A stretch of 64,000 nt of DNA from an uncultured virus (IMG/VR IMGVR_UViG_3300044701_003393) (IMGVR_UViG_3300044701_003393), one strand, 5' to 3'; counted from the stretch's first letter, positions 36,815-47,695 are shown. Translations and numbers: made by a program. Notes: generated by a model from the sequence alone, not told the origin.

Positions 36815-38686
36815 TTAGAATAAAGTAAATGTCGATGTTCCACTGTTATCATCCTCCGGACTTTGTATCTGTTCTCTTATCTTTGGGGCAGTTGGAGCAG
36901 TTGGAGTAACAGTGGTGCTTCTACTATTTACAATATTTCCAGAAGGTGCTTGAGAAGCAACTGCACCCTTACCTGTAGGAGATTCATTTGCGGCACCTGG
37001 AACTGGTGAAGCATCTCCACCAGGAAGAGCAGGATATCCGTAAGCCAATTCATTATATTTTACTGGACTTTCTATATCATCGCAAGCAAAGAATTGCTTA
37101 ATTCCATTTACATATTCCAGAGAATTAAACATATTTCCACCAATACCACCAATAGAATCTAAAGCCCCACTGACAGAACCCAGAACACCCCCTGCTTGAT
37201 TGATTGCGCCACCTGCCGCGCCTAAAGTACCAGCAATAGATCCAAGTGTAGAATTAAATGTTGAAAAAACATCATCCATAATTCCAGTAACTTCATTCAG
37301 AACATTATCTAAAATATTAGAAACCATACTTTCAATAGCACACAAAGGAGTATTAATCATATTATCTAAAGTATCTTTAATAATAGAATTCAATAAATTA
37401 GGCATATTAGAAGTAATTTTATTAAAAGCACAATTTAAAGATTTTATCCCTTTTTCCACTTTTCTATAGAACCTAGGTATTTCTGATGGGAAAAGATTGG
37501 GTGTTACTTTTTTAGTAGCATCAGAAAGTTTGGTTAGTGTATAGGCACGAATACCTCCCATTATATTTTTAGTAAATCCAGAAAGTTCTGTAACAGCTCC
37601 ACTAATTTCATTTTGAATTTGACTAGAAAATTCAGTTACATCAGATGCAAAAGCAGAGACTTGATTGTAAGTCTTTTTAAGTTCTTCTACACTATTAATT
37701 AAATTTTTCATAGTACGTTGAATTCCTTTCATATCACTATTATTCTTTTTAGTGACATCAAGTAAAGGAATTTTTATTTTACTGGACTTATCGTGCTGGT
37801 CTTGTGACTTAACCCCAATATGAAGTGCTTCGATAGTTGATAAAGGAGTTCCTCCAATGATTCTATCGTCAGGAACTTTTGCTGCAGTTTGAGGACTCCC
37901 ATCAGTATAGGTATTATTAAACTGTTGATATCCTTTATTGCAATTTGCACTTCCACCAGCATCAGCACCTGGTTGTCTTGATGCTTTTACTGTTGCTGCA
38001 AGAACCAGTCTTTCAACTTCATTTGTAGGGAGTCCTGCTGCTTTTGCTTTTTGCCTTGCCTCCGATGCTGCTTTAAAAACTGCAGAAGATGGAGTCTTAG
38101 ATGGATCTAAAAGTTTTTTTAATTGGTCTGTACTCAGTTGGTCTACATTGTCGGGTACTGGTTTAGTTGCTAAACTACCAGGACCTGTTGGTGGTGTAGG
38201 TGGATTGACTACAGTTGGTGTTGGTTTTCCTCCGGTTGTTGATGTTGGAGGAACAGTTGTTGTTGGTTGATTTGGTGCAGGTTCTGCTCTTTCTTTGGGG
38301 ACATTATTGTTAGAGTTTCCAAGAAGTCCTACAATATATCCTTCCTGTCCTGCCATTCCATCCATAAAGAACCCGAATACCACGGATCCAGATTCGATAG
38401 CAGGAGTAATTGATGCTCCACCATGCCCGGAACCAGCAGTTACCGGCATCAAAACCTGACAAAATGCAACTTGATCTGGTTGAAGTTTATTTACATCCCC
38501 AGTGTGCCAATTAAAAACTCTTACTTTATATCTTTGACCCCAACCCTTTATTTCTGCTACACTATTAAAAGTTTCACCTTTAATATTATCTTTCCATACT
38601 TCTTTATCCTCAACTCTTCCAATCCACCAAGGAGGATTCATAAAGAATTGAGGATTAAAAGCAGATCCTGTAGTTACATCAGACAT
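36815..38686 (-). CDS. Baseplate hub/spike gp5-like protein, N-terminal OB-fold part
   Basis: WWIGRVED, RYKVRVF, VFGFFMDG. Confidence 0.75.
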   Translation of the reverse strand: MSDVTTGSAFNPQFFMNPPWWIGRVEDKEVWKDNIKGETFNSVAEIKGWGQRYKVRVFNWHTGDVNKLQPDQVAFCQVLMPVTAGSGHGGASITPAIESGSVVFGFFMDGMAGQEGYIVGLLGNSNNNVPKERAEPAPNQPTTTVPPTSTTGGKPTPTVVNPPTPPTGPGSLATKPVPDNVDQLSTDQLKKLLDPSKTPSSAVFKAASEARQKAKAAGLPTNEVERLVLAATVKASRQPGADAGGSANCNKGYQQFNNTYTDGSPQTAAKVPDDRIIGGTPLSTIEALHIGVKSQDQHDKSSKIKIPLLDVTKKNNSDMKGIQRTMKNLINSVEELKKTYNQVSAFASDVTEFSSQIQNEISGAVTELSGFTKNIMGGIRAYTLTKLSDATKKVTPNLFPSEIPRFYRKVEKGIKSLNCAFNKITSNMPNLLNSIIKDTLDNMINTPLCAIESMVSNILDNVLNEVTGIMDDVFSTFNSTLGSIAGTLGAAGGAINQAGGVLGSVSGALDSIGGIGGNMFNSLEYVNGIKQFFACDDIESPVKYNELAYGYPALPGGDASPVPGAANESPTGKGAVASQAPSGNIVNSRSTTVTPTAPTAPKIREQIQSPEDDNSGTSTFTLF

Positions 38687-38688
38687 AA

Positions 38689-38904
38689 TTAATCTTCATA
38701 AACTCTACATTCAAGAGCATCGGGATGAGTGTCACAATATAATTCCAAAGAAGTTGGATCGTGATTTTCGTCTGGATGATTAACTTGATACTGTTCTAAA
38801 GCATCAAGTTCATCTTCTAAGTGACGACGACGTTGACCACTGGTATTTGGGTTATCCAGTTCATCTCTATCATCGTTAATATGTTGTTGAAGTGTTCTGT
38901 CCAT
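38689..38904 (-). CDS. cp12: CP12 (phage type)
   Basis: C-terminal LELYCDTHPDALECRVYED signature. Confidence 0.9.
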   Translation of the reverse strand: MDRTLQQHINDDRDELDNPNTSGQRRRHLEDELDALEQYQVNHPDENHDPTSLELYCDTHPDALECRVYED

Positions 38905-38938
38905 ATGAACACACTAAAATAGTTTTTATTATTTATTA

Positions 38939-40465
38939 CTAATCTTTAGGATCAAGTCTTCCTGTAACTGGATTATATTCAAATTCACTACCAGCATCTG
39001 CAGGATATCCTTCATCATCATATTTAGTTCCATCTGGAGGAGTTTCTGCTATTGCCTGTTCTTGCTGAGACATAAGTTGATTTTCGTTGTTTAATTCGCT
39101 TGCAATATCTTCATCAGTAACACCCTTATTATTTGCAGATGCTCCATCAGACGCTTTTTGTACTGATGATTTTTGATTTCCTGCTGCAGTGGCAGAAGCT
39201 GCCATTGGTTTTCTACCATAAGAATCACGAATCAATTCCAACGATGTATAGCACTGTTTAATAGGATCAATACGATGACATAGTGCAGAAATCATATAGA
39301 CACCGCTCATCCTAGGATTTGCCTCCTTAGTTGATTTAGTGGATTGTTCGGGAAAATCGCAATAAATTAATTGACCCGCTTCTAAACTAAAGTCACCAAA
39401 AATAGTGATATTTACTTTAACAGTATACGCTTGATTGTATCTTGCTGTAGAAGATGAAAGATACTTTGCTTTATCAGTATCCAATTCGTGAGACTGATCT
39501 ACAGGAGTATATCCACCTATTGATTGATTACCAGTAAAAAATCTTGAAGGTTTTGTTATAAAATCTTTAAATAAATTCTTACCATACTCAGTTCCAGCTG
39601 CAGTAATTGCAGATTCCTGAGTGGAAATATCTAAAGGATTACAACCAAAAGCACTCTCAAAAGAGTTAAAAAGATTTACGGAGGTATTGAATGTACCCAT
39701 CATCATCTGATCTTTCATATCAGCACTATCAACAAAATTATATTCTAAAATTTTTCCATCATATCCAGTGGGTATTTTAGTAGATACTGTATTATTATAG
39801 ATATATTTTTTAACTGGTGTTTGTCCAAATAAAGTATCAATAGATTTAAACTTATACCCAGATTTAGTTTCAAAGAAGAAATATCCGGCACTCAATCCAA
39901 GAGCACTTGTATCCTCACGAATGGATTGTCCTGCTAACCACATAATAAACCAAAAAGGTTTCTTTAAAGTTCCAATAAATGAACGTGAATTTTTTGTAGA
40001 TTCTATATCTAATTTCTTTTGCGTGCTTAGAACTTCTTTAAGAATTTTAGTTAGAGAATCCGATATTTTTCCATCATATCTCTTATCAACTCTCACACTT
40101 TCATTTTTCAGGTACTCTTTCGATACCAACTCTAAGAATTCAATATCTTTTAATTTTTCAGTAATTCTTTCTCTTCCAGTAATATGAAGTTCATTTGTAC
40201 TCGTAGTGAAAGAAATCTTTTGTTTTTGAGTATCTTCCAATTCAATATGAACCTTTTCAGTTCCGGTGAGTTTTACACTCTCCGATCCTGTTGTTCCTTG
40301 ATCTCCTTGACCGGTATCAACAACACTTATCGACATTCTTACAGTCTCAGATAATATATTTTCATAATAATGCAACTCAGCAACTCCACCATTGAATGGA
40401 AGTTCTTTTCCAGTTGCATTTGAATATACTTTAAAAATAGGTATATTACTTTCGTTTACAGACAT
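38939..40465 (-). CDS. Baseplate hub protein (gp27-like)
   Basis: YYENIL, FFFETKSGYKFKSID, SGVYMISALCH, LIRDSYG. Confidence 0.65.
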   Translation of the reverse strand: MSVNESNIPIFKVYSNATGKELPFNGGVAELHYYENILSETVRMSISVVDTGQGDQGTTGSESVKLTGTEKVHIELEDTQKQKISFTTSTNELHITGRERITEKLKDIEFLELVSKEYLKNESVRVDKRYDGKISDSLTKILKEVLSTQKKLDIESTKNSRSFIGTLKKPFWFIMWLAGQSIREDTSALGLSAGYFFFETKSGYKFKSIDTLFGQTPVKKYIYNNTVSTKIPTGYDGKILEYNFVDSADMKDQMMMGTFNTSVNLFNSFESAFGCNPLDISTQESAITAAGTEYGKNLFKDFITKPSRFFTGNQSIGGYTPVDQSHELDTDKAKYLSSSTARYNQAYTVKVNITIFGDFSLEAGQLIYCDFPEQSTKSTKEANPRMSGVYMISALCHRIDPIKQCYTSLELIRDSYGRKPMAASATAAGNQKSSVQKASDGASANNKGVTDEDIASELNNENQLMSQQEQAIAETPPDGTKYDDEGYPADAGSEFEYNPVTGRLDPKD

Positions 40466-40466
40466 A

Positions 40467-43415
40467 TTATCCTATTTGAGCAAGTGTTTGTTCCATACTA
40501 CTATTTACATAATCATCTCCACCACCTCCACCAGCAATTATGGTAGAACCTCCACTACCCATAGGAAGTGGTAGATATTCAACTGGACTAGGAACATAAA
40601 CAACCTCTGGTTCTGGTCTTTCATAATCAGTATATCCAGAAATTAATTTAAGTTTTTCAATAATTGATGGTGCTTTTGCAACTAGTTGTGCTTTATTTTC
40701 TACATTAATAATATCTTCAATAAAGTCTCTTCCAAATAAATCTACAGAGTCTTTATCAACTACTTTATACATCTCACCTTTATGAAGTTTTAAAGTCATT
40801 CCATCTTTATTCGCATATCCAATTCCACCATGAAACTTCGATGCAATTTGAGTTGATCCTCCACCCATAAATTCTTTTAGAAGTCTTCTAACCTTTGCCG
40901 ATCCAGCATAATCTCTTGCGCCAATTGCTCCAGATCCACCCCATTGTGCTCCGGGAATATCAAAAGCAAGTCCGGAATAGTGATATGATCCAGAAGCATG
41001 ACCTCCAACAGGACCATAACCCTTAAATTCTGTAACTTGAATGCCCTTAGATTTAAAGAAATTGTAAGCTCTGACAGCAGTGCTTCTATCTTTAAACGCA
41101 ATGTGGTCATGATAATTATCTGTAGTTCCATGACCCGCTCTATCGAATCTCCCAAATGGAGTATTTGGATCTCCAGTAATGTACTCTACAACTGATCCAC
41201 CAATACTACCTCTTGTTGCACCAGATGGTCCACGCCCCATACCTGCTGCGAGTTCTTGTTGAGAATATCCACCACGCTTAACTTTAGAAAGTGCTGATTT
41301 AACTTTTTCCGGAGTCATTGCGCTTCTTTGACCTGGATAATAAAATTTACCATCTGCATTTGGAAGAGAAGCAAATTCTTGAGATAAACCTTGCATAAAT
41401 TGTTCGTCACTTATTTCTCCCTTCAACCACTTTTCCCCACCCCTTCCTTTAATATTAACATTAATAATAATTTTTTCTTGATTTTCTGGACTATAAAGAT
41501 CTTTATCTGGATTAAGACCCGCAGCTCTTGCTCTATTAACAAGATATTGAGGTAATTGTTGATATTTTCCAACTGCTCCAGTAGCTCTCCGTGCAACTTC
41601 AGAGATTGTCATTTTTGTTGCTCCGGGTAAAGTTGTGCTTGGATACATTGCCTCATAATTTCCACCGGATTCCTTTCCAGCAATCAGATCTAATAGTGGA
41701 CCCCACTGCCCGCCAGTCATTCCTCCCCCATCAACTCCACCACCACCCTCTTCTTTTAGTGTTGGATCTGTTTTATCTGGTTCTTTTTTCGTAGGTTGTT
41801 TTAAATTTAATTGCCTCATCAAATCTTGAATGGTTTTATCAACCTGTGGAGTTACAGAATCTTGCAATGACTTTGCAATCACATCGCTATAATCTTCCCC
41901 AGATACAATGCTCTCAATTTTAACTTCACCACCACCAGCATATCCATAAGTTCCGGTTGCAACTGATTGATTCATCCAGTTATTCACACCAATTCCAGCA
42001 TTCTTATAGTCTGCATATGATGGTCTATCTCCCATCAATGGTTTAATTGCAAGAGCAATAAGAGAACCAAGACCAGAAGATTTAGAAAAACCATCATAAG
42101 CATTTTTTAAAACATCAAAAGGACTCATCTTTGTTTTATCTTTTGTTTCTGGGAAAAGTTGTTTTACTTTATTCTCTCCACCAACAGCAGATCCTGGTTT
42201 TAATTTTTTAGGAGTAACAGTAAGTGTTCTAGGAGTTTTCTTTTTCTTAACAGATCTCTTTGCAGGACCACCAACTAATTTTCCTCCGCGAGTTGTTGGT
42301 TGCCCTCCACCTGCTGCCTTTGCAACTTTACCTTTCTGTGTCTTCTTACCACCAAAGAACAAGTCATATAAAGCACCACCAGCCATATCGCCTAAAGCAC
42401 CACCAGCAAGACCCCCGAGAGCAGCAGTAGCAATTGCTAAAGGACCACCAGCAAGACCCAATGCTCCTGCTAATCCAGTACCAATAGAACCTAATATACC
42501 AGCACCAATTGCCCTAAATGCTGCTCTACCTGGATCTTCTCCAAGAGCCCAAGATAATCCAAAGTCAATTAATGCACCAATAACAGGTATGGGTATTCTT
42601 TTTAAGAATGGTCTTACAAAGGAAAGAATACCTTTAGTACCTGTAATTTTAGGACCAGTTCCAGGTATTCTGAATTTAAATTTTCCACCAGACCCCGTTG
42701 TTACCTTCGGTTTTGATCCCAACGCAGGTTTTGTTTTTGAAGTAGGACCACCAGAACCTCCAAAATCATCACCCATACTTGCAGCAGACAATGCTGCAAT
42801 AACAGCAACATCTAGCATCGTGCTTAATGCACCAGCAAACTTATCAAAGTTCTGTGCGAGACCTTCACCACCAAGTTGCTTAGTAAACTTGCGAGTATTA
42901 TCTACTACATCATATGCCTTATCAACAAAAGTCACTAATCCATCTAAAAGTTTTCCTCCCATATCAATGAAGAAATCACTAACTTTAACAATTACAGGTA
43001 AGACTTTTAAAAGTTTTGGAAGATGATCGATTAATCTTACCGCAAGAAATCCTAAAACAGTCTGAACGATGAAGTTTCTAATCCACCCTAAAATACCAAC
43101 TCCAGGTAAAGAAGGAACTTTAACACCACTTGGTAATTTTGCTTTTTTATTTTCTAATTCCTTTTCTCTTTGTTCGAATTTCTTCTCTTCTTTTTTTACT
43201 CTACCTTTTTCATTTTCCTTTTTAGAAAGTAATAAAGAATCCTTCAAAAGACTATCAATCTTAATAAACTTTCTTTCAATTTTTAATAAAGGACTTTCAG
43301 AAAGTTTAGTGAAATCTTTTCCAGAAGAAATAAAAGAAGTCTTTATCCTTGGTAAAAATTTGTCTGCTTTAATAATAGCATTATTTGTTTTTTTATAGGG
43401 AACTAGGTTAGCCAT
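40467..43415 (-). CDS. Tail (tape-measure-like) protein with lysozyme-like and peptidase-M15-like domains
   Basis: LLDLIAGKESGGNY...AVGKYQ...EFASLP; HASGSYHYSGLAFDI; Gly/Ala-rich helical region. Confidence 0.65.
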   Translation of the reverse strand: MANLVPYKKTNNAIIKADKFLPRIKTSFISSGKDFTKLSESPLLKIERKFIKIDSLLKDSLLLSKKENEKGRVKKEEKKFEQREKELENKKAKLPSGVKVPSLPGVGILGWIRNFIVQTVLGFLAVRLIDHLPKLLKVLPVIVKVSDFFIDMGGKLLDGLVTFVDKAYDVVDNTRKFTKQLGGEGLAQNFDKFAGALSTMLDVAVIAALSAASMGDDFGGSGGPTSKTKPALGSKPKVTTGSGGKFKFRIPGTGPKITGTKGILSFVRPFLKRIPIPVIGALIDFGLSWALGEDPGRAAFRAIGAGILGSIGTGLAGALGLAGGPLAIATAALGGLAGGALGDMAGGALYDLFFGGKKTQKGKVAKAAGGGQPTTRGGKLVGGPAKRSVKKKKTPRTLTVTPKKLKPGSAVGGENKVKQLFPETKDKTKMSPFDVLKNAYDGFSKSSGLGSLIALAIKPLMGDRPSYADYKNAGIGVNNWMNQSVATGTYGYAGGGEVKIESIVSGEDYSDVIAKSLQDSVTPQVDKTIQDLMRQLNLKQPTKKEPDKTDPTLKEEGGGGVDGGGMTGGQWGPLLDLIAGKESGGNYEAMYPSTTLPGATKMTISEVARRATGAVGKYQQLPQYLVNRARAAGLNPDKDLYSPENQEKIIINVNIKGRGGEKWLKGEISDEQFMQGLSQEFASLPNADGKFYYPGQRSAMTPEKVKSALSKVKRGGYSQQELAAGMGRGPSGATRGSIGGSVVEYITGDPNTPFGRFDRAGHGTTDNYHDHIAFKDRSTAVRAYNFFKSKGIQVTEFKGYGPVGGHASGSYHYSGLAFDIPGAQWGGSGAIGARDYAGSAKVRRLLKEFMGGGSTQIASKFHGGIGYANKDGMTLKLHKGEMYKVVDKDSVDLFGRDFIEDIINVENKAQLVAKAPSIIEKLKLISGYTDYERPEPEVVYVPSPVEYLPLPMGSGGSTIIAGGGGGDDYVNSSMEQTLAQIG

Positions 43416-45853
43416 TATTTCTTCTTAACCCCCAGTGCTGCTTGTGCGGTTCTTGTCCCCTTCTTATGAGTGGGTGAGAAACTTGGTGGTTTGGAAGGAG
43501 ATGTAGGTCTTGCTCCACTACTTCTTCCTCCACCTCCACCACGTCCAATAACATCTGCCTTTGTTCTTGGCTTTGGTAACGGTTTTACTCCTTTCTTTAA
43601 TTCTGCTTGTCTTCTTGCAATTGTTGCTTGACTTGCACCTCTTGCTTTTAAAGAAGCAATTGAACCAGCAGATGCTTGCTGATATTTTCTTTGTGCTGCT
43701 GCAGCATCACTTGCTTTATATGCATTTGGATTTATTGTTCTTCCAATCCTTTCAAAAATATTTGTAGTTCCAGTTCCAGGTTTTGGACCCTGAACGTAAG
43801 TTAATTTACCACCTTTCATTGCCTTATAACCAACTACATTCTGCCCCTTATCATTCTTTATGATTTGAGATGAAGGTGCATCACCAAAAGATTGCTGCTT
43901 CAAACCATATCCACCGACCATTTTTGCGCCAGCACCTCTATAAATTCCACTTGGTTTTGATAATCCTCCACCACCACCCATAAGTTGAGATTTAGTTCTT
44001 CCAGAACTTACTGAAGCACCTGTTATTCCTTGAGCTCTTCTAAAAGCAGAATCACGGGAACCAGAAAATCTTGATTGATACGGAGTGTATCCTGTTCCCG
44101 ATGCTTTCGATTGTCTTGCAAGATAATCTTTTTTAAACTTTTGGTAATTATAATTCTCATCAAATGCTGCTTTTTGATAGAGTGGATTGGTAGGATCACT
44201 GAATGCTTTGCTCCATTCTCTTCTTATTGCATCATCAGAAGATCTTCTCTGCTGACCTCTTTGCATAATTCTATTTCGTTCAGCATTATCTTGTGCTATT
44301 CTTCTCTGCTGCTCTGGCGTAAATTGTGCTTTTCTACTTGCAGAAGAAGGTTTAAATGGAGAAGTTATGCCTGATGCATTTATTCCAATTGGAACACTCA
44401 ATCCATTTATGGATGTTGTTTTTGTTCCTTGACCTACTCTTGATTTACTTTCCTGATGATATCTGCTACCAGTTTTTATTGGTGGTAGCATATTTGGAAC
44501 TAAAGGTGCTGCATTTGCTGCTGCCGCTCTTCTTGCAGATTCTCTAGCATATGCACCAGAACCATATCTTGCATCGTATCTTGCTCCAGGTTCACCTCTT
44601 CCAATCCATCCACCACCCTCAGCATAAGTCATTCCATTTGTTATTTGGGGAACATTAGTTCCTCCCCCAGCAGCATTCATTGCTTCGAAAGTATCAACAC
44701 CATACTTTTTAACTGCGCCAGCAGACACAACAAACTCACCATCAGTAAGCATCGCAGGAACTTTATCTCTTCCCTTTGGTCCCTTTACAAGACCACTAAA
44801 CATCTTTCCAAAGAAATTACCAAATCCTTTATTCCACCCACCACCAGAAAACCCAGGAACTTTTACATCACCATTAGAAAGTCCTTCAATTGTTTTTGAA
44901 GCGCCCATCGTCAATGCAACATCAGTGCCGATTGCTAATCCTGCACCCAAAAGTTTTCCACCACGACCACCAAGAAATCTACCAAGTCTTCCTGCACCTT
45001 TAAGACCTGCTCGGGCAGCAAGATTTGCAGTGATTGCTCCTAACTTTATTGCACCTTTAATTAATATACTACTTAACTTACCAACAAATCTACCTATACC
45101 AGTTCCAAATCTCAAATACAATGCCAGTAAAGTAGGCCAATGATCCTTAAAAAATCTAACTAGACTTCTGATTTTCTTTTGATTTTCTGGATTAGCAAAC
45201 CAATCAATTAATTTTAATACAATTCTCCCAAGAATAATATTAGTAATAAATTGTACTATTCTATCCCAGATAGATTGAAATGGTTTTGTAATTGCAGATA
45301 TTGCCTTCTTGAGACCTTCAATTGGTTTCGATTCTAATTCCTTTTCTCTTGATGATCTTTTTCTACTCTCAGCATCTTTTCTTTCTCTTTCAATTCTATT
45401 TCTATTTTCTCTATTAATAGAAACTAAAGTTGATAATATTGAATCAAGAGTTTGACTGATGCGCGACAAAACATCAGTATCGGATCCTTTTCCTTTAGAT
45501 ACAACTTCAGTTTGTTTTGGAATTCCTCCAACAGGAACCAACATCAATCGTTGCTGAGTGCCTTTTACTTGTTTTCGTATTCCACCAAGACCAAGACCAC
45601 TTGCAGTTATCTTAGTTTTTTTAATTCGAAATCTTCCTTTTTTTCCTCTCACTCTTTTGAATTCATCCTTCACAAAAGAGAACTCAGTATCACCGATTTT
45701 TCTTTTTGATGCAGTGACTTCTACTAAAAGTTCTCTTAGGAGTGATTTATAAGTATCATAGTCAAGTTCATCAACTTCATTAGGTTCTAAGGCCAGTAAT
45801 CTTAAAATTACCTCATCTATATTCTCTGTAGGTAAAGTAGGATTACCAGCCAT
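43415..45853 (-). CDS. Tape-measure-like tail protein
   Basis: Helical N-terminus; GLVKGPKG.DKVPAMLTDGEFVV motif; follows gp26/gp51. Confidence 0.55.
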   Translation of the reverse strand: MAGNPTLPTENIDEVILRLLALEPNEVDELDYDTYKSLLRELLVEVTASKRKIGDTEFSFVKDEFKRVRGKKGRFRIKKTKITASGLGLGGIRKQVKGTQQRLMLVPVGGIPKQTEVVSKGKGSDTDVLSRISQTLDSILSTLVSINRENRNRIERERKDAESRKRSSREKELESKPIEGLKKAISAITKPFQSIWDRIVQFITNIILGRIVLKLIDWFANPENQKKIRSLVRFFKDHWPTLLALYLRFGTGIGRFVGKLSSILIKGAIKLGAITANLAARAGLKGAGRLGRFLGGRGGKLLGAGLAIGTDVALTMGASKTIEGLSNGDVKVPGFSGGGWNKGFGNFFGKMFSGLVKGPKGRDKVPAMLTDGEFVVSAGAVKKYGVDTFEAMNAAGGGTNVPQITNGMTYAEGGGWIGRGEPGARYDARYGSGAYARESARRAAAANAAPLVPNMLPPIKTGSRYHQESKSRVGQGTKTTSINGLSVPIGINASGITSPFKPSSASRKAQFTPEQQRRIAQDNAERNRIMQRGQQRRSSDDAIRREWSKAFSDPTNPLYQKAAFDENYNYQKFKKDYLARQSKASGTGYTPYQSRFSGSRDSAFRRAQGITGASVSSGRTKSQLMGGGGGLSKPSGIYRGAGAKMVGGYGLKQQSFGDAPSSQIIKNDKGQNVVGYKAMKGGKLTYVQGPKPGTGTTNIFERIGRTINPNAYKASDAAAAQRKYQQASAGSIASLKARGASQATIARRQAELKKGVKPLPKPRTKADVIGRGGGGGRSSGARPTSPSKPPSFSPTHKKGTRTAQAALGVKKK

Positions 45854-46016
45854 TACTTTGTTGCTTTTGTTTAAACTCTTCTTCTTCTATATGTTGCTTG
45901 AGAAGTTCAACATAAATGTCTCTTTCCCAAGGAATCATATTTTCAATTTCCGTCAATGAGTATTTATGATACTGCATCAACGAAAAATTAAGACGAAAAT
46001 AGTTTTCAAGATCCAT
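45843..46016 (-). CDS. Baseplate hub assembly protein gp51-like (57 aa)
   Basis: Hand translation MDLENYFRLNFSLMQYHKYSLTEIENMIPWERDIYV...; not in the ORF track. Confidence 0.8.
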   Translation of the reverse strand: MDLENYFRLNFSLMQYHKYSLTEIENMIPWERDIYVELLKQHIEEEEFKQKQQSNGW

Positions 46017-46027
46017 ATGGATCAGTG

Positions 46028-46747
46028 CTATGCGAAAAAACTTGAGAGACCCTCTAATACGACTTCACTTTCAACTTCTGTCTTTGGATTTTTCACCATA
46101 ACTTTATGAGAAAGTTTAGGCATTGTCTCAAAGAACTTTTCAATCTGTTTAAATTGAGTCGTATTCATTTGATCCAAAAACTCCATAAGTTCTTTCTTCG
46201 TTACATCTGCAGCAGACCAAACATCTTCTTCATTATAAATTTTATCTACACATGATGCAACAAGTTCAAAAGATTGTTCCAATGCATTATTGTTGGATAA
46301 ATCAAAATTATTTTTAATGAATTGATCCAATGAAGGATACTTCATTTCCATCATCAAATGAGAATCTAATTTAATTTTATTATTATGATCTTCATTCTTT
46401 TGAACTTTGATATCATCAACATTAATTTTAATAGGAACTGTAGTCTCCCCATCATCAGGACAGATAATATTAACTTCTATCTCTTCTCCAACGGACTTAC
46501 CACGAATATTTAAAAACAAATATTCAATATCAAATGTTGGAAGAGTTTCTACTTTAATTCCCTTCGTCTCAATACAGTTTTTAATAACCGTCTTTATTGC
46601 TGTAGTAATCTGTTTCGTATCTTCAGATTCTAGGGCAATGACTAAAAGTTTTTCTTCTTTAACTAAGAATGGACGATACTTAATTGTTTCCCCAGTCGAA
46701 GGTAATTCCAACTCATATGTTGGAGTTGCAATTTTTGGTAAAGGCAT
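46028..46747 (-). CDS. Baseplate hub subunit gp26-like
   Basis: MPLPKI..P.YELELPS, YRPFLVKEEK, FDIEYLFLNIRGKSVGE. Confidence 0.9.
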   Translation of the reverse strand: MPLPKIATPTYELELPSTGETIKYRPFLVKEEKLLVIALESEDTKQITTAIKTVIKNCIETKGIKVETLPTFDIEYLFLNIRGKSVGEEIEVNIICPDDGETTVPIKINVDDIKVQKNEDHNNKIKLDSHLMMEMKYPSLDQFIKNNFDLSNNNALEQSFELVASCVDKIYNEEDVWSAADVTKKELMEFLDQMNTTQFKQIEKFFETMPKLSHKVMVKNPKTEVESEVVLEGLSSFFA

Positions 46748-46788
46748 AATCTCCTAAAACAATTCAGGTGTGACTATTTATTAAAAGA

Positions 46789-47694
46789 TCAAAAGAGGTT
46801 TAAAGCACCGCTATCTGCAGGAACTCCATTTAACTGAAGTTGTCTCTCAGCATCTATTGCACTAGTAATCTCGGATTGAGTAAATGCTGGTTGCCTATTT
46901 AATTGATTTGGAGAAACATTATTTAAAGTATTTGTAACATCTTTAGTAAGTGATGCATCTCCAGTAAATGCATTTTGATCCACACCACTGGAATAAGTAA
47001 CATCATTTGGATTAGGAACACCAGTTGCTAGTGATTGTGATGGGTCTCCTGTAGGCGATTTATCCTTCACATTACCCACAAAATACCTATCATAAGTAAA
47101 GGAAACAGTACACTTTAAAAGTTGAGAACTATCATAAGAAACGGGGATTGAAGTTATAGAAATTGGAAATGCATTTACAAATGTATAAACTAAGGTTTTA
47201 TTATTAGGAGAACTTTTTGATCCAAGATCTCTTTCAAATTTAGTAATATAGATTGCACTTGCTTTATAATTTTTTGGGTAATTTACTCTATATGATACGG
47301 TATTACTTTCCCCAAATGATGCTTGTTCTCCGGCAATATACCTCATCCAAATTTCAAATAATCTTATCTGAAGGTAATCTCTATTTACATAAAAAGTAAA
47401 ATCTGCCCTATCATCATATAATCTTCTATATGCATGTCTTTGTGTAACACCAGTAAAATCATTATTTAATTCATGAGTTGTAAGAGATGAACCTGGAAGA
47501 GACGCATCAGAACAAGAAATTGTTAATGTCTCTGTAGTAAAAGGAGATGATCCAGATATTCCATTATATCCAAGCTGCTTGTTTACTTCTGGTGGTATGA
47601 CAAAATGACATTCAAAATTCGAAGTTAATGCAGGTTGCATTATCTTCGTTTTTAAAAACGATACGTCCCTTACTCTTGGAGTTGGAGCTGGCAT
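46789..47694 (-). CDS. Tail-tube-like/tube initiator (gp19/gp54 family)
   Basis: CSDASLPG, ITKFE, AFPISI, TVSFTY. Confidence 0.7.
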   Translation of the reverse strand: MPAPTPRVRDVSFLKTKIMQPALTSNFECHFVIPPEVNKQLGYNGISGSSPFTTETLTISCSDASLPGSSLTTHELNNDFTGVTQRHAYRRLYDDRADFTFYVNRDYLQIRLFEIWMRYIAGEQASFGESNTVSYRVNYPKNYKASAIYITKFERDLGSKSSPNNKTLVYTFVNAFPISITSIPVSYDSSQLLKCTVSFTYDRYFVGNVKDKSPTGDPSQSLATGVPNPNDVTYSSGVDQNAFTGDASLTKDVTNTLNNVSPNQLNRQPAFTQSEITSAIDAERQLQLNGVPADSGALNLF

Positions 47695-47695
47695 T

